64,000 nucleotides of DNA from the human T2T-CHM13v2.0 reference genome, Homo sapiens, in assembly GCF_009914755.1 (NCBI RefSeq), contig NC_060927.1; one strand, 5' to 3'. Made by a program: the position numbers and the translations under genes. The notes under the pieces were generated by a model, which was given only the letters and a program-made list of their open reading frames with translations, was not told where the DNA came from and did not search any database. This document shows positions 1 through 25,494 of the stretch, piece after piece; position 1 is the stretch's first letter; every line of letters begins with the position of its first letter.

Positions 1-364
1 AGATAAAGATGGTTTTGCTGGCATATTCTACCAAACATTTAATGAAGAAATAGCACCAATTCTATACAATTTCTTCCATAAAATATAACAGAAGGGAATC
101 ATTTTCAAATGGCTTTAGAGAGCAGAATTACCTTGATATCAAAACCAGACAAAGACATTGCAAGAAAATTAAACTGTGTTCCTCATGAACATAGAAAAAA
201 AAATCAGCAAAATATTAGCCAATTGAATCTAACAATATATAGAAAGAATAATACACTATTACCAATGGGGATTATCACAGGAATGCAAGAAGGGTTCTAC
301 ATTCAAAAAAAAAATCAATACAATCCATCATATAAACAGATTAAAGAAAAAAACTACATAAGCA

Positions 365-988
<624 letters not shown>

Positions 989-1050
989 TTTATCAATTAA
1001 TTCAGAAAAATCATTTGACAAAATTCAACATCAATACATGATAAAAACTC

Positions 1051-1347
1051 AGTCGGGCACAGTGGCTCATGCCTGTAATCCCAACACTTTGGGAGGCTGA
1101 GGCGGGCCGATCATGAGGTCAGGAGTTCAAGACCAGCCTGGCCAAGATGGTGAAACCCCATCTCTACTAAAAATACAAAAATTAGCTGAACGTGGTGGCA
1201 GGTGCCTGTAATCCCAGCTACTCGGGAGGCTGAGGCAGTGAATTGCTTGAATCCAGGAGGCCGAGGTTGCAGTGAGCCAAGATCATGCCACTGCACTCCA
1301 GCCTGGCAACAGAGCGAGACTGCGTCTCGAAAAAAAAAAAAAAAAAA
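1051..1347 (+). mobile_element. Alu (S-type)
   Basis: Full dimer with poly(A) tail. Confidence 0.95.
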
Positions 1348-2489
1348 TTGGCAGGTAAAAGAATTGTTAATGGTGATAAACTAAATGTTCGCTCTTATGA
1401 TTGGGAACAAGACAATGGGTCCACTCTCACCACTCCTGCTCAAGATTGTACTGGAAGTCTTAGTGCAACAAGGCATGAAAAAGAAATAAAAACCATACAC
1501 ATTCGAAAAGAAATAAAAGTGTCCATATTCACAGTGACTGTCTACATAGGAAATCTCAAAGACTCCACCAAAGGCCCCTAAAACTAAGTGAGCTTAGCAA
1601 GATTAAAATAAGGATTTATTTTCATGCTCAAAGAAAAAAAATATGTAAGGTTAACATACAAAATTTAATCATAGGTCCATATACTTCCATGAATTGTTGG
1701 AAACCAAAATTATAAAAACAATATCATTTACAATAGCTCCAAAAATATAATGCTTGGATTTATCTAATCTAATAAAACACATATCTAATAAAACATGAGC
1801 AGAATACATATTCTGAAATATACAAAATGCTGATGACCAAAATAAAAAGACACAAATAGAAAGATATATCATGTCTATTGATTGGGAGACTCAATATAGC
1901 TAAATACTCCCCAAATTGGTCCATAAATTAAACGTCATTTGAATCAAAATCCCAGCAGAATTTTAGAAGAGACAAGCTGATTCTAAAATTTATGTAGAAA
2001 AGCAAAGGAACTAGAATAGCACAATTTTGAAGATTAAAAAAAGTTGAAAGACTCACATAACTCAATTTTAAGACTTACTATAAAGCTATAGTAATCAAAA
2101 CATTATGGCATTAGTGAAGATTAGAAGCACAGATAAATCGATCACAATAGAATGTCCGGAAATAGATCTCCACAAATATGACTAATTGCTTTTTTTTCCC
2201 ACAAAGATGCAAAGGCAATTTAATGGAGAAAGAGTAGTCTTTTTTTTTCAATGGTGTTGGGATAATTGGACATCTATCAGAAAATTTAAAAAGGAAGACT
2301 CTCAGCCTAAACTTCCTACCTTATAAAAAATTAACCCAAAATGGATTATAGCTGTAAATGTAAAATGTAAAACTTTAAGAAGAAAACAAGAGAAAATTTT
2401 TCATAATATTGGGGTAAAGAAATACTTCTTAGATATAACACCAAAAGCATTATCCATGAAAGAAAAAATGAATTTGACTTCAAAATTTA

Positions 2490-2873
<384 letters not shown>

Positions 2874-3483
2874 TCACATTCTAGAAGGGACTTATTTATT
2901 GAGAATTCTCAAAATTAAATAATAAGTAAACAAACCCAATTAAAAATGGACAAAGGACTTGAACAAACACAGCATCAAAAAGGATGTAATGATAGCAAGT
3001 GAATGTATTAAAAGATGTTCAATATAATTAGCCATTAGGAAAATGCAAATTAAAACCACAATGAGATATCACTATGCCCCTGTTAGAAATGCTAAAATTA
3101 AAAATCCTGGCAACACCAAGAGTTGGCAAGAATGACGAGGAACTGGAACACTCATACACTGCTGGTTGGAATGAGAAAAATACAACCATGCTGGAAAATG
3201 GTTTGGCAGTTTCTTATAAGGTAAACATATACTTACCAAATCGTCCAGCAATCCCACTCCTGGGTATCTGCCCAAGTGAAATTAAACCTTACGCTCACAT
3301 AAAAACATGTACACAAAGGTTCACAGCAGTTTTAATTGTAATAGCCAAAAACTGGAAACAACCCAATGTGCTTCAAAGGGTAAATGGATACACCAACTGC
3401 TGTAATTCCAGCAGTGAAAAGGAACAAGCTGTTGATACACACAACCACTTGTACAAACTCAGAGACATTAGGTTGAGTAATAG

Positions 3484-3832
<349 letters not shown>

Positions 3833-4225
3833 TATTTGACATTCTTAAAAGACAAACAACATAATATTTAAATAAGCAAAGGATTTGAACAGATACTTCA
3901 CCAAAGATACACAGATGGAAAATAACCACATGAAAGATATCCAACATCATTATCCACTAGGAAATACAAACTAACACTAAAATGAGATACCACTACACAT
4001 TTATTTAAATGGATAAAATTTTAAATACTGATAATAACAAGTGTTATAAAGGATGTGGAGTGACTAGAAGTCTCATAAATTGCTGGTGGGGATGCAAAAT
4101 GGTACAGTTACTCCAGAAAATAGTTTGGCAGCTTCTTATAAAGTTCAACATATGACCCAGCAATCTGGCTTCTTGGTATTTAACCTAGAGAAGTGAAAAA
4201 GTATGTCCATGAATATTCAGAGTAG

Positions 4226-4515
<290 letters not shown>

Positions 4516-4999
4516 ATTTCATGGTAGCTCTATTCATAGTACCAAAAATTTGAAACAACCCAAATTTCCATCACAAAATGAATGGATAAACAAACTGGAA
4601 TCCATTCATACAATAGAATACCACTCAGTTGGAAAAAGGATGTGAAAATGTGAATGAATTTCAAAGACACTATGCTGAGTTGAAAAAGACAGTCTCAAAA
4701 TGTTACATACTATATGATTTCATTCATGTGACATTCTCAAAAAGACAGCTCAGTGGCTGCCAGGGGTTAGGGATCGGGGAGGTCTGACCACAAAGGGGTA
4801 CCAAGGGGATTGTTTTAGGGTAACAGACTATTCAGTATCTTGGTTGTGATGGTGGTTACATGAATCTATACATGTGTTATAATGTATAATTCAGAGAACT
4901 GTACATTCCCTAAAAAAGTCAATTTCACTGCACAGTAATTTTTAAAAATTTAGAACCCCATATGTCGCACCAAACAAGTTTATTGTGTGTAAATTTTAA

Positions 5000-5491
<492 letters not shown>

Positions 5492-6784
5492 TGAGGTGAC
5501 TCTAGAGGCAGGGTGAGCGCTGGGGCCTTGAGTACCACCAAGACCAGCTCAGCCTCTAGCCAGTGGGCAGGGAGGAGGCACCCCAGGGGCTGAGGAGCAG
5601 AGGAAGATGCCATCCAATGGGAGGTTGGAGGGTGCGCTGGGTGAGGGGGCTGGGGCGAGCATGGTGGAGTGAACCTCCTGGAGCTGGGGTAAGGGATGCA
5701 GCACAGGGAGCAAGACACAGGCCCCTCAGGGCCACTGTGGGTGAGCGCTGAGCACAGAAGTACCAGCATCCTAGGGTACCATTCTTCCATCCCACCCCCA
5801 CCAATTCTCCACCTCCTCTACCAGAGTTTCCTCCAGAGGTTCTCAGTAGGCCCCTTGAAGGAGGGCTGGAAAAAGGAGAAGAAAGCAGGACTCAGTGAGG
5901 GTTCCAGTGGGACCAGCCCTCTGCATGTGCTCCCAGCCCCAGGGCCTGCAGAGGAGGAAACGCAGGTCTCCTGGGAATGGGCTGTTCTAAGGCAACCCTC
6001 AGCCCCTGCCTCAGGCATTTCTTCTGCAGCAGCCCCAGCCCCATCCCGAGGTTAGTGACCCTCACATGCAGCCCCTGGCACAGCAGCCTCCCAGGAGGAC
6101 CCAGGAGTTTACTTGGTGGATCCTGCACCTTGGGAAGCCCTGTGGCCCCCTTTAAAGATCTCCACCTGATCTATATCCACCTGTGGTCCTCACCTGATCT
6201 TATGCAGTCACCTTTGCTAGCCGGTCTCTTCCTTCTTCTGGCTCCTTGCTGGCAGAATCTGAGTATTTCCTCATTTGTGTCCCCAGATGCTAAAAAGTGC
6301 CAGCACAGAGCAAGTACTAAATAAATGCTCATTGAATGAATGAATATTATAAAGTAAAAGAGGACCAGATGCTTCTCTAAGGAGACCCAAGGCCCTAAAG
6401 TCCCGAGACCCTTTCTCCATGCCTAGGGAGAGGTCCTGTCACTGTGCTTCCCTGTACCCAGTGTCCCCAGAAAGAGGTGGGGGTGAGCAGGAAGTGACTG
6501 GGCTGGGAATGAGGAAGCTCCACATTGGGGAAGGTGGTGTTCAGCACTGGGAACTGGACAGCAACCAGAAGAGCCAGCACTGGAAAGGTAGGGGTGGGGA
6601 AGAGAAATGAGACAGAGACGTGGTAGAGTAAGAGGGGTTGAGAGAGGCAGGGCATTTAGCTGGCAGCCAACCCGTCCTGCACCAGCTACCCTTCTGTCTT
6701 ACTCACCTCTGCCTGGGGTTTCTGTCCACACACTTCTCTAGTCAAGAGGCCCCGGAAAGTGGCTTCTTGAGGAAGATTCTCTTG

Positions 6785-7090
6785 TCTTAGGCCTTTGCAC
6801 AGATGATTAAAGACTCGGGGTGCTCTTCCCCCAGGTCTTCCCATCATTCAGGTCTCACTGGATGTCACTTCTCCAGAGACCTTACCCAGTCTCTGTCCTC
6901 TCACTCTGCTTGACCTCCTCATTAACACTAATCATCTGGATTTGCATTGTGTCTGATTATTTACATGCTTTATACCTCCAGAGGGTAGACTTCTTGAATG
7001 CAGGAACTTTTTCTTGTTCGTTTCTGTATCCCCAGGAGCTGGGGCATCACTGGAACACAACCAAGTTTTGTTGGACGGACAGATGCATGG
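6785..7090 (+). mobile_element. L2 3' fragment
   Basis: L2-like 3' end running into a (TGGA)n tail. Confidence 0.55.
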
Positions 7091-7201
7091 ATGGATGGAT
7101 GGATCAATGGATCAATGGATGGATGGATGGATATGCTACAAGGATGGATATGCTACAATGGATGGATGGATGGATATGCTACAAGGATGGATATGCTACA
7201 A
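7087..7201. repeat. (TGGA)n microsatellite with a perfect 43-nt tandem duplication
   Basis: 7116-7158 is identical to 7159-7201; GGATGGATATGCTACAA occurs four times. Confidence 0.9.
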
Positions 7202-7539
7202 GGGATAGTTTTCCAAGAGAAATTGGAGTTACACTTTCAGAAGGAAATGGGAATGAGTACCTGGCAGACCACACAACAGGTATCGAAGACATATTACTGT
7301 CACCATCTCCATAAAGTGGCCTCAATCCTTCCTGTTTGTGGAAAGAAGGTGAGTTGCCAGCCCTATTGCCTTCACCTCCCTGATTTCTAGTTTCCCTTTT
7401 GAAGTTAGGATTGATGGTAGATTCCCCCAGAATGGCAGTGATTTGGGTGGCTCAGAGGTTCAGACTGTACTCCTAGGCCCATTCTCAGGCAGGAGGGAAG
7501 AGTGGATATTGGCTGCTCATCTGTCATGCCAACCTCCTA

Positions 7540-7923
<384 letters not shown>

Positions 7924-8012
7924 CTAGCACATCCTCTGCCGACTCAGGAGTAAGAAGAGCGTAGCTCTGGCAGGAGAAAGGTGGAGTGATGTTCTGGACT
8001 GGACAGTAAACT

Positions 8013-8761
<749 letters not shown>

Positions 8762-9157
8762 GGAGCCAGGGAGAACACCTACTCAATCTCAGCCTGAAAG
8801 CTGGGTGGAATGCAACCTGCCTGGAACAGGCAGATTTTGGCCAAAGTGGAGGTGAGGAGAAGGGTCCTAGGAGAGGCTGAAGGCACCGGGTTTGCTGATA
8901 GCAGCCCCTGCTCAAGAATCCAAAAGCAAGGAAGCCCCGACGGAGCAAGGCTGAGAATAGAAACCATGGGAGAAGTTATCTTCACTTTGAATCCGGAGTC
9001 CTCGTTTTCATTTGATGAGAATGTACTTAGGAAAGGGTTCACTCCTTCAGGGGCTTCTCTGGGTTGTTTACAGTGTTTTTCAGGTGTGTTTATGACACTG
9101 CTGAGCTCAATTTGGGACGGGACACAGGAGTGAGTGAATTCTACCAACATCTTCTCA

Positions 9158-9620
<463 letters not shown>

Positions 9621-10364
9621 TCAGCTGTTGGGCCCCATGGGCACGGGGCTTTCCCTTAACACCCCTTCTCCTTTTTCCTGATAGGAGGGGACCTCACTGT
9701 GCCTCTACACCTCCAGTCCACCTCTACCTCCTCCTCGCTGGCTTCACCCCACAGCAGGAGGGAGCTATCCACTCTGTGAAATCAGAGAGAGTGAGCATTC
9801 CTTTGACTCACTTCCCTGGCAGGTAGGTCCTGGCAGGTAGGTCCTGGTTCTGACATTCAGACCAAAGACAGAGCTCTTCCCAACTTGGACCCCTGTCTCC
9901 AAACAGTAAGCCCACCAGTGCAGGGTCCCACTCCCACTCCTGACCCCCACACCTCACGGCAGTCTGTCCCCTCCAGCTTCCTGACCTGACCTGGGAGAGG
10001 AAGCGAAGCCAGTTTGATGTGCAGGTCCGCTGTCTACAGTCCAGTCCTGACCCCAGCACCAGCCCTTACAAGCCCTGGCTTCTGAGCTGAGGGGTGAGTA
10101 GCTTCTGACCCCGACCACCCAGAGCAGTGGCAGGCAGCTAGCCTGAGGAGGTCGTGCAGGACACGCAGGGACAGGAGCCAGGAGCCAGTTGAGGTCTCCA
10201 TCCCAAGTTCTTTGGAAAAGGATAACAGCCCTCAGGCTAGCAGAGGGGCAGAGCTAGGAGACTGCTGGAGTCCTGTCCCTCCCCAGGCCGCCTCCCACCC
10301 AGTCCCTCATGCACCCCCACCCCCACCAAGAAGCTACAAGAAACAAGGCCCAAAAGAGGAGGCT

Positions 10365-10370
10365 TTTAAT
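10365..10370 (-). terminator. RRP9: RRP9 polyadenylation signal (ATTAAA)
   Basis: tttaat on + strand, 55 nt past the stop codon. Confidence 0.8.
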
Positions 10371-10424
10371 ACAAAGAGGGTGGGGCATAGCCTGGGAAGG
10401 ACTTAAATAAGGAGGATAAGAGTG

Positions 10425-18786
<8,362 letters not shown>

Positions 18787-19608
18787 GCTGCCCACCAGGC
18801 GTGTAGCAGCGGCCGCAGAACTCACGTGGCAGCTGAACCCTCCCAGCTCCCCAGCCGCCTGGCAAGACCCCGCGTATTGATAGGCTTCCACCGCCCGCCG
18901 GGCCCCGCCTCCTACTGCTCCATTGGGTCCTTCTGCAGGCTCTGCCACGCCCCCAGGCACCCATAGGATGCACGCTTGTAGCCCCGCCTCCTGAAGTTCC
19001 TAGGCTCCCGCACCAGGCTCGAGTAGGAAGCCCGCATCTCCACGGCGCTTCCGGCCTGATGCTGTGGCGCTTGCGCTCTGCTGCTGGCCCACTTCGAAGT
19101 CGGAGCAAGAGCCTTCTCTGTGTTTGCGCCCCTTGGCCGCTGGGGGGCGCCAGAGACGCGGCGCCCTTTCGCGTTCTGGAACGTGACTCCTCCCCTCCAT
19201 GGGCAGCCCGGCGCTAGACCCAACGGGGATCCAAGCAGCCCCGGGGAGAGGGAGGCTGCGTCTGTATCCGGGCCCAAGGTCACCGCGCGACCGGCAGATG
19301 CGTGCTGCAGGCCCCGGCCACATGAGCAGCGCTACGGACGCGACTGCCCCGGCCTTGGATATGCCAGATCGAGTGTCCACCCGTCCGTGGGACTGGTCGC
19401 CTGACTCGGCCTGCCCCAGCCTCTGCTTCACCCCACTGGTGGCCAAATAGCCGATGTCTAATCCCCCACACAAGCTCATCCCCGGCCTCTGGCGATTGTT
19501 GGGAATTCTCTCCCTAATTCACGCCTGAGGCTCATGGAGAGTTGCTAGACCTGGGACTGCCCTGGGAGGCGCACACAACCAGGCCGGGTGGCAGCCAGGA
19601 CCTCTCCC

Positions 19609-22600
19609 ATGTCCCTGCTTTTCTTGGGTGAGTGTCCTATGGTCCTGCCCACGGCAGGGCAGGGCAAGGCCTGGTGGGACTGGCCTTTGCCCTCTATCAG
19701 TTCAAGGCCACTGATCCGGAGTTCTGGCTCCTCAGAACTCTTGAGTCCATTGGGAAGGGCTTCTACAGCTCTGGGTTCTAAGCTCCGGGAGGATAATCTG
19801 GCCCCAAGAATCCTGCCCCCAGGATCCTCTGCCCACCCTCCCCCATAGCTCGGTGACTCGGCCCGGCAACCATGCCAGGGCTGAACTAGCTGACACAGGG
19901 GGAGGAGCCCCGAAGTGGAAGAGAGAGAGCCTCCTTTCACTTTCCCTACCCCTCAGGACACACAGGTGAGCTGCAGAGGGTAGGGAGCCAGGCAGACCCT
20001 GTTGACCAGAGTGGGCAGACTGGACAGAGTCCTAACCTTGCACTTGGGACTGGGGAAAGGGGTGTTTCTGAGTGACAAAGAGCTGGGTGTGGTCTGGGGC
20101 TGGGAATGCCGTCAGAGTGGACACAGGATGCAGTGGGAGGCCACCGAAGGGCCAACCCGGGGTGGGGCAAGTTGGTGCTGTGCTGGCCCAGGGCAGGGGT
20201 GGGGACTGAGAGTGGGTCGTTGGGGATGAGGAGACCATGGAGGCCTAAGGGCCTCTCTGTGCCCCAGGACAGCCATGGCTCCAAAGCCGAAGCCCTGGGT
20301 ACAGACTGAGGGCCCTGAGAAGAAGAAGGGCCGGCAGGCAGGAAGGGAGGAGGACCCCTTCCGCTCCACCGCTGAGGCCCTCAAGGCCATACCCGCAGAG
20401 AAGCGCATAATCCGCGTGGATCCAACATGTCCACTCAGCAGCAACCCCGGGACCCAGGTGAGCTGCAGTCCCCAGTCAGGCCCAGAGCCTGCCCACTGAT
20501 AAGCACAAACACACCCAGGCCACCCCCTTAGGACTCTGTTCTGGTTTTGGAGCCCAAGGCCCCCAGGTAAGCGCCAGAGCAAGGCCATGTTCTCCTGACC
20601 CCAGACATCAGGGCTGTGTCCCGTCAGGTCCAGGCGGGTCACATCTGCCCTTCAGACCCCATGCAGGCCTCCTCCCACCGCACTTAGGGAAAGGCTGTGA
20701 CTACATCAGTCTCCTGGGCGCTTGCCCATGTCCCCTCAGGGCAGAGCCATGTCCCTCTCAGATTCCCCCATCCAGGGCCCAGCTGTGTCCCCCCCAGCAC
20801 CCCCCATACCTCCATGTCAGGGTTTAGCCATGTCCTCTCACACCGCATCCCCTAGGGAAGAGCAGTGACCCCCCCAAGCTTCCAAGACAGGGTCCCTCTG
20901 ACTCCCACTGCCGTCAGACTCCTGTCCCCATCAGAGCCCTCTCGGTGTACGGCCAGGCACCCCATCTGACCCCAGCCAGCCTGCCCCCCACCTCCCCTCT
21001 GGCCCAGGTGTATGAGGACTACAACTGCACCCTGAACCAGACCAACATCGAGAACAACAACAACAAGTTCTACATCATCCAGCTGCTCCAAGACAGCAAC
21101 CGCTTCTTCACCTGCTGGAACCGCTGGGGCCGTGTGGTGAGTGCCCTGCCTGCTCTGCACATACTCCCCAGGGTCCTCAAAAGGCCACAGCTACTGACTT
21201 GGGGGGGCACCTCCCAACTGTCCCAGGGCACTCAGCACAGGGCCTGGCCCGACACACAGGCCAGCAAATGCTGATGGTGGGCATACCCCTGAAGGCTGTC
21301 GGTTGCAGGGAGAGGTCGGCCAGTCAAAGATCAACCACTTCACAAGGCTAGAAGATGCAAAGAAGGACTTTGAGAAGAAATTTCGGGAAAAGACCAAGAA
21401 CAACTGGGCAGAGCGGGACCACTTTGTGTCTCACCCGGGCAAGTACACACTTATCGAAGTACAGGCAGAGGATGAGGCCCAGGAAGCTGTGGTGAAGGTG
21501 AGATGGCCAAGGAAGGTGGGCAGGCCCTGGACTGAGGGAGGGGACTCGTTGGAGAGTTCCCGCTGGTTGGGCTCTGCCACTGCCCAGCTGCGCAGCCTCA
21601 GCCACAGAACTCCCCTCTGGCCTCAGGCTGGCTGGTCTCTGTCTGGTGTCACGCCCTGCCCCGCTGCTCCTGCCCACATGTGCCCTCTATCTTCAGGTGG
21701 ACAGAGGCCCAGTGAGGACTGTGACTAAGCGGGTGCAGCCCTGCTCCCTGGACCCAGCCACGCAGAAGCTCATCACTAACATCTTCAGCAAGGAGATGTT
21801 CAAGAACACCATGGCCCTCATGGACCTGGGTGAGGGGTGAGAGGCAGGCAGGGTGGCAGGGGCCTCAGGGTGGCAGGGCTGTGGGGCTGAGTCTCCCCAC
21901 TCCCCTGTCCCCCTAGATGTGAAGAAGATGCCCCTGGGAAAGCTGAGCAAGCAACAGATTGCACGGGGTTTCGAGGCCTTGGAGGCGCTGGAGGAGGCCC
22001 TGAAAGGCCCCACGGATGGTGGCCAAAGCCTGGAGGAGCTGTCCTCACACTTTTACACCGTCATCCCGCACAACTTCGGCCACAGCCAGCCCCCGCCCAT
22101 CAATTCCCCTGAGCTTCTGCAGGCCAAGAAGGACATGCTGCTGGTGAGGGCTGGCAGGGGTGCGGGCAGGCAGTGGGGCACTGAACAGACAGCCTAGGCG
22201 AGCGAGATGAAGGGCAGGTGGCCAAGAAGGCCCAGAAGGATGGACTGCCTGGGCAGGCTGACAGACGGGTGGGGAAGGCTGGGCAGACAGATAGGGTGGG
22301 GAGGGACAGGTGGGACACACAGGTGGGGTGGCTACAATACCAGTCATGTGAGAGAGGAGAGGGGAGGCCAGAGGTCAAGTGGGAAGACAAACTGCCAGGG
22401 CCCATCATCCTAGGTGCTGGCGGACATCGAGCTGGCCCAGGCCCTGCAGGCAGTCTCTGAGCAGGAGAAGACGGTGGAGGAGGTGCCACACCCCCTGGAC
22501 CGAGACTACCAGCTTCTCAAGTGCCAGCTGCAGCTGCTAGACTCTGGAGCACCTGAGTACAAGGTGAGTTGGGCCCCACAGAGGGGCCAGGCTATCAGTG

Positions 22601-25399
22601 GGCACTGTCCCTCTGCCCACCTGCCCTCGAGGTGCCCAGAGGAATACTCGCCCTCAGCCTTCTCTTCCTGTGTCTCCAGGGCCTGAGGAGGGCTTGGGAC
22701 TGGGGGAAGAAAAATGGGGGATTAGCTCCTGAGCCTCCCACCCTGGCAACCAGCTTCTGCTCTCCCCACAGGTGATACAGACCTACTTAGAACAGACTGG
22801 CAGCAACCACAGGTGCCCTACACTTCAACACATCTGGAAAGTAAACCAAGAAGGGGAGGTGAGGGAGGTTCCCCCACCTCTCCCCCATCACCACTGTGCC
22901 TTAGGAAGATGTCCTTGGCTAATCGGTCCCTTAGCAAATCGTTTAGCAGCTCTGGTCAGTTTCTGCCGGCCATGAGTGCGCGTGAGTAAGCAGAGGGACA
23001 CTAGGCCTTGGTCACAAGCAGCAGGGCAAGGCGACTGAGTGCTCGGGTGGCATCACTCCCATTTCTCACTTCCTCTCCACTCAGGAAGACAGATTCCAGG
23101 CCCACTCCAAACTGGGTAATCGGAAGCTGCTGTGGCATGGCACCAACATGGCCGTGGTGGCCGCCATCCTCACTAGTGGGCTCCGCATCATGCCACATTC
23201 TGGTGGGCGTGTTGGCAAGGGCATCTACTTTGCCTCAGAGAACAGCAAGTCAGCTGGATATGGTGAGGTGCCCCTCTGGGCCAAGCCCTGGGAGGGTTGG
23301 CACTAAGATGGATTGGGCCCAGTCCTTGGCCACTGGAAATTCATGGTGAATCCAAGAGAGGAATCCTTTAATGGTTAATGACTACAGTGCTCAGTGGGCT
23401 GTCCTGGGCTTTGGTGGCGGGGGGTCTTAGAGAAAGTGTCTGATGGTCAGGGATGGCTTCCTGGGGGAGGCAATACAGATAGGATGGGTGCACCAACCAG
23501 ACCTGGGAGGGGGTAAAAGGGGAGCCTTTGAGCCAGGTGTGGTGGCATACACCTGTAGTTCCATCTACTCTGGAGGCTGAGGCAGGAGGAACGCTTGAGC
23601 CCACAAGTTTAAGGCTGCCATGAGCTATGATCACACTCCAGCCTGTGTGACAGAGCCAGACTCCATCTGAAAAAATAAAAATAAAAAAGAGGAGACGTCA
23701 AGGCAAGGGGATAGGCAGAGAGGCTGGGAGGATGTGAGGATGTGGCAGGTCAGGGCTTCCAAACACTTCCTGATACTGGAGCTCAGAGCAATGCCTAGCC
23801 GGGGGCAGGGTGGGCTAGGGGCCCAGAACGATCGAGGAGGCTTTATCCAGAGAGTGATGGTTAGCCCAGCTGGACTTGTCTGTAGCAGGATCCCAGTGGC
23901 TACAGCTGTGGAGAGGGGGGCAGCAGCCAGAGGCTGCAGAGAGGCCATCCTCTTATCCAGGCTGGATGTGATGGGTGCCTGGCCCAAGGGCTGGGAAGTG
24001 CAGGGGAGGGAGCCCATGAGAGGGGCATGTAGGAGATGGGATGGGGAGCGTGTGGGAAAGGGTCAAGGCTGTCTCCAGTGACTTCTGAGTTTCTGGCCAG
24101 GAGTGTCCTCACCAAAATGACCCCCCCAGACCAGCTCCTCCACCCAGGCTGTCCCCATCATTGGAGGCCACCACCCAGCTGGCCAAGAGAGCAAGGACCA
24201 AGGATTCATCCCAGAACAGATGGGGCTGAAGTTCTAGGATGCCTGAGGTCACCAAGAGCAAGGGGTCCACCAGGAGGGCAGAGGGGCTTAGGAAAGAGTG
24301 GCGGGGTGGAGGGCTTAGGAGAGCCAGCGCGAGGAAGTCCCAGGTAGGGGCTGATGATGTCAGGAGCAAAGTCAGCAGAGCAGGCCAGGGAGAAAAGCCC
24401 CTGCCACGGGTTTGGTCACTGGGAGGCCATTGCTGACCTTGGTGAGGACAGCAGAGGGTACAGATGCCTGGCCATAGGGAGCACAGTGAGGTGGGAGGGA
24501 GCAGGCCGGGACAAGGAGGGAGTGACGGTTGGGGGAGAGTGAGCCTTTTCTTGCTGGAGCAGCAAAGCCAGAAGGAATAACATCGCAGCAGAGAGGGGCC
24601 CCACAGGTCAGCAGGAGGCAGGCTGAGCTGCCCACCGGTGCCTCCCTGTGTCTTGCAGTTATTGGCATGAAGTGTGGGGCCCACCATGTCGGCTACATGT
24701 TCCTGGGTGAGGTGGCCCTGGGCAGAGAGCACCATATCAACACGGACAACCCCAGCTTGAAGAGCCCACCTCCTGGCTTCGACAGTGTCATTGCCCGAGG
24801 CCACACCGAGCCTGGTGAGTCCTCAGAAGCTGTACAGCCCAAGGAGAGAGGTGGGGCCGAGATAGGGGCTGGGACATTTTCAGGGAGGGGGCTGTGAAGA
24901 GGGACAAAAAGAAGCTTCCCTGTCGTCACTCAGTTTGTCATTTGACAAACATCCACTGGTTCAACACATCATTCCTGGGCATCCCGGAGGGCTTCAAAAA
25001 GAGGAGTTGTTGACTGAGCATTGAAGGATTAGTACAAGTTTCCCAGAGAGAAGTCGGGGAGGACACCCCAGGCAGAAGCCCCAGCCCCTGCAGTGGTTTG
25101 GAGGTGGGCAAGGTGGAAATGAGCAGGCGTGCCCTGTGACAGACATGGAGAGCATAGGGGGCAGGACTTACTCGTAAGGCCTGGGACCAGTGACCCCTGG
25201 GCCACCCTGGCCCTTGCTGTGCCCTGCAGATCCGACCCAGGACACTGAGTTGGAGCTGGATGGCCAGCAAGTGGTGGTGCCCCAGGGCCAGCCTGTGCCC
25301 TGCCCAGAGTTCAGCAGCTCCACATTCTCCCAGAGCGAGTACCTCATCTACCAGGAGAGCCAGTGTCGCCTGCGCTACCTGCTGGAGGTCCACCTCTGA
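19609..25399 (+). CDS. PARP3: Protein mono-ADP-ribosyltransferase PARP3 (WGR, regulatory and catalytic domains); 540 aa from ATG 19609 or 533 aa from ATG 20275
   Basis: Exons: 19609-19627 (long form), 20273/20275-20457, 21008-21136, 21309-21497, 21697-21829, 21917-22143, 22414-22563, 22772-22858, 23085-23262, 24659-24814, 25230-25399. 1602 nt from 20275 = 533 aa + stop. WGR motif (WNRWGRV) and H-Y-E triad motifs LWHGT / GIYFA / QSEYL. Confidence 0.98.
23530..23688 (+). mobile_element. Partial Alu (J-like monomer)
   Basis: Alu right-arm-like sequence with A-rich tail. Confidence 0.85.
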
Positions 25400-25494
25400 G
25401 TGCCCGCCCTGTCCCCCGGGGTCCTGCAAGGCTGGACTGTGATCTTCAATCATCCTGCCCATCTCTGGTACCCCTATATCACTCCTTTTTTTCA

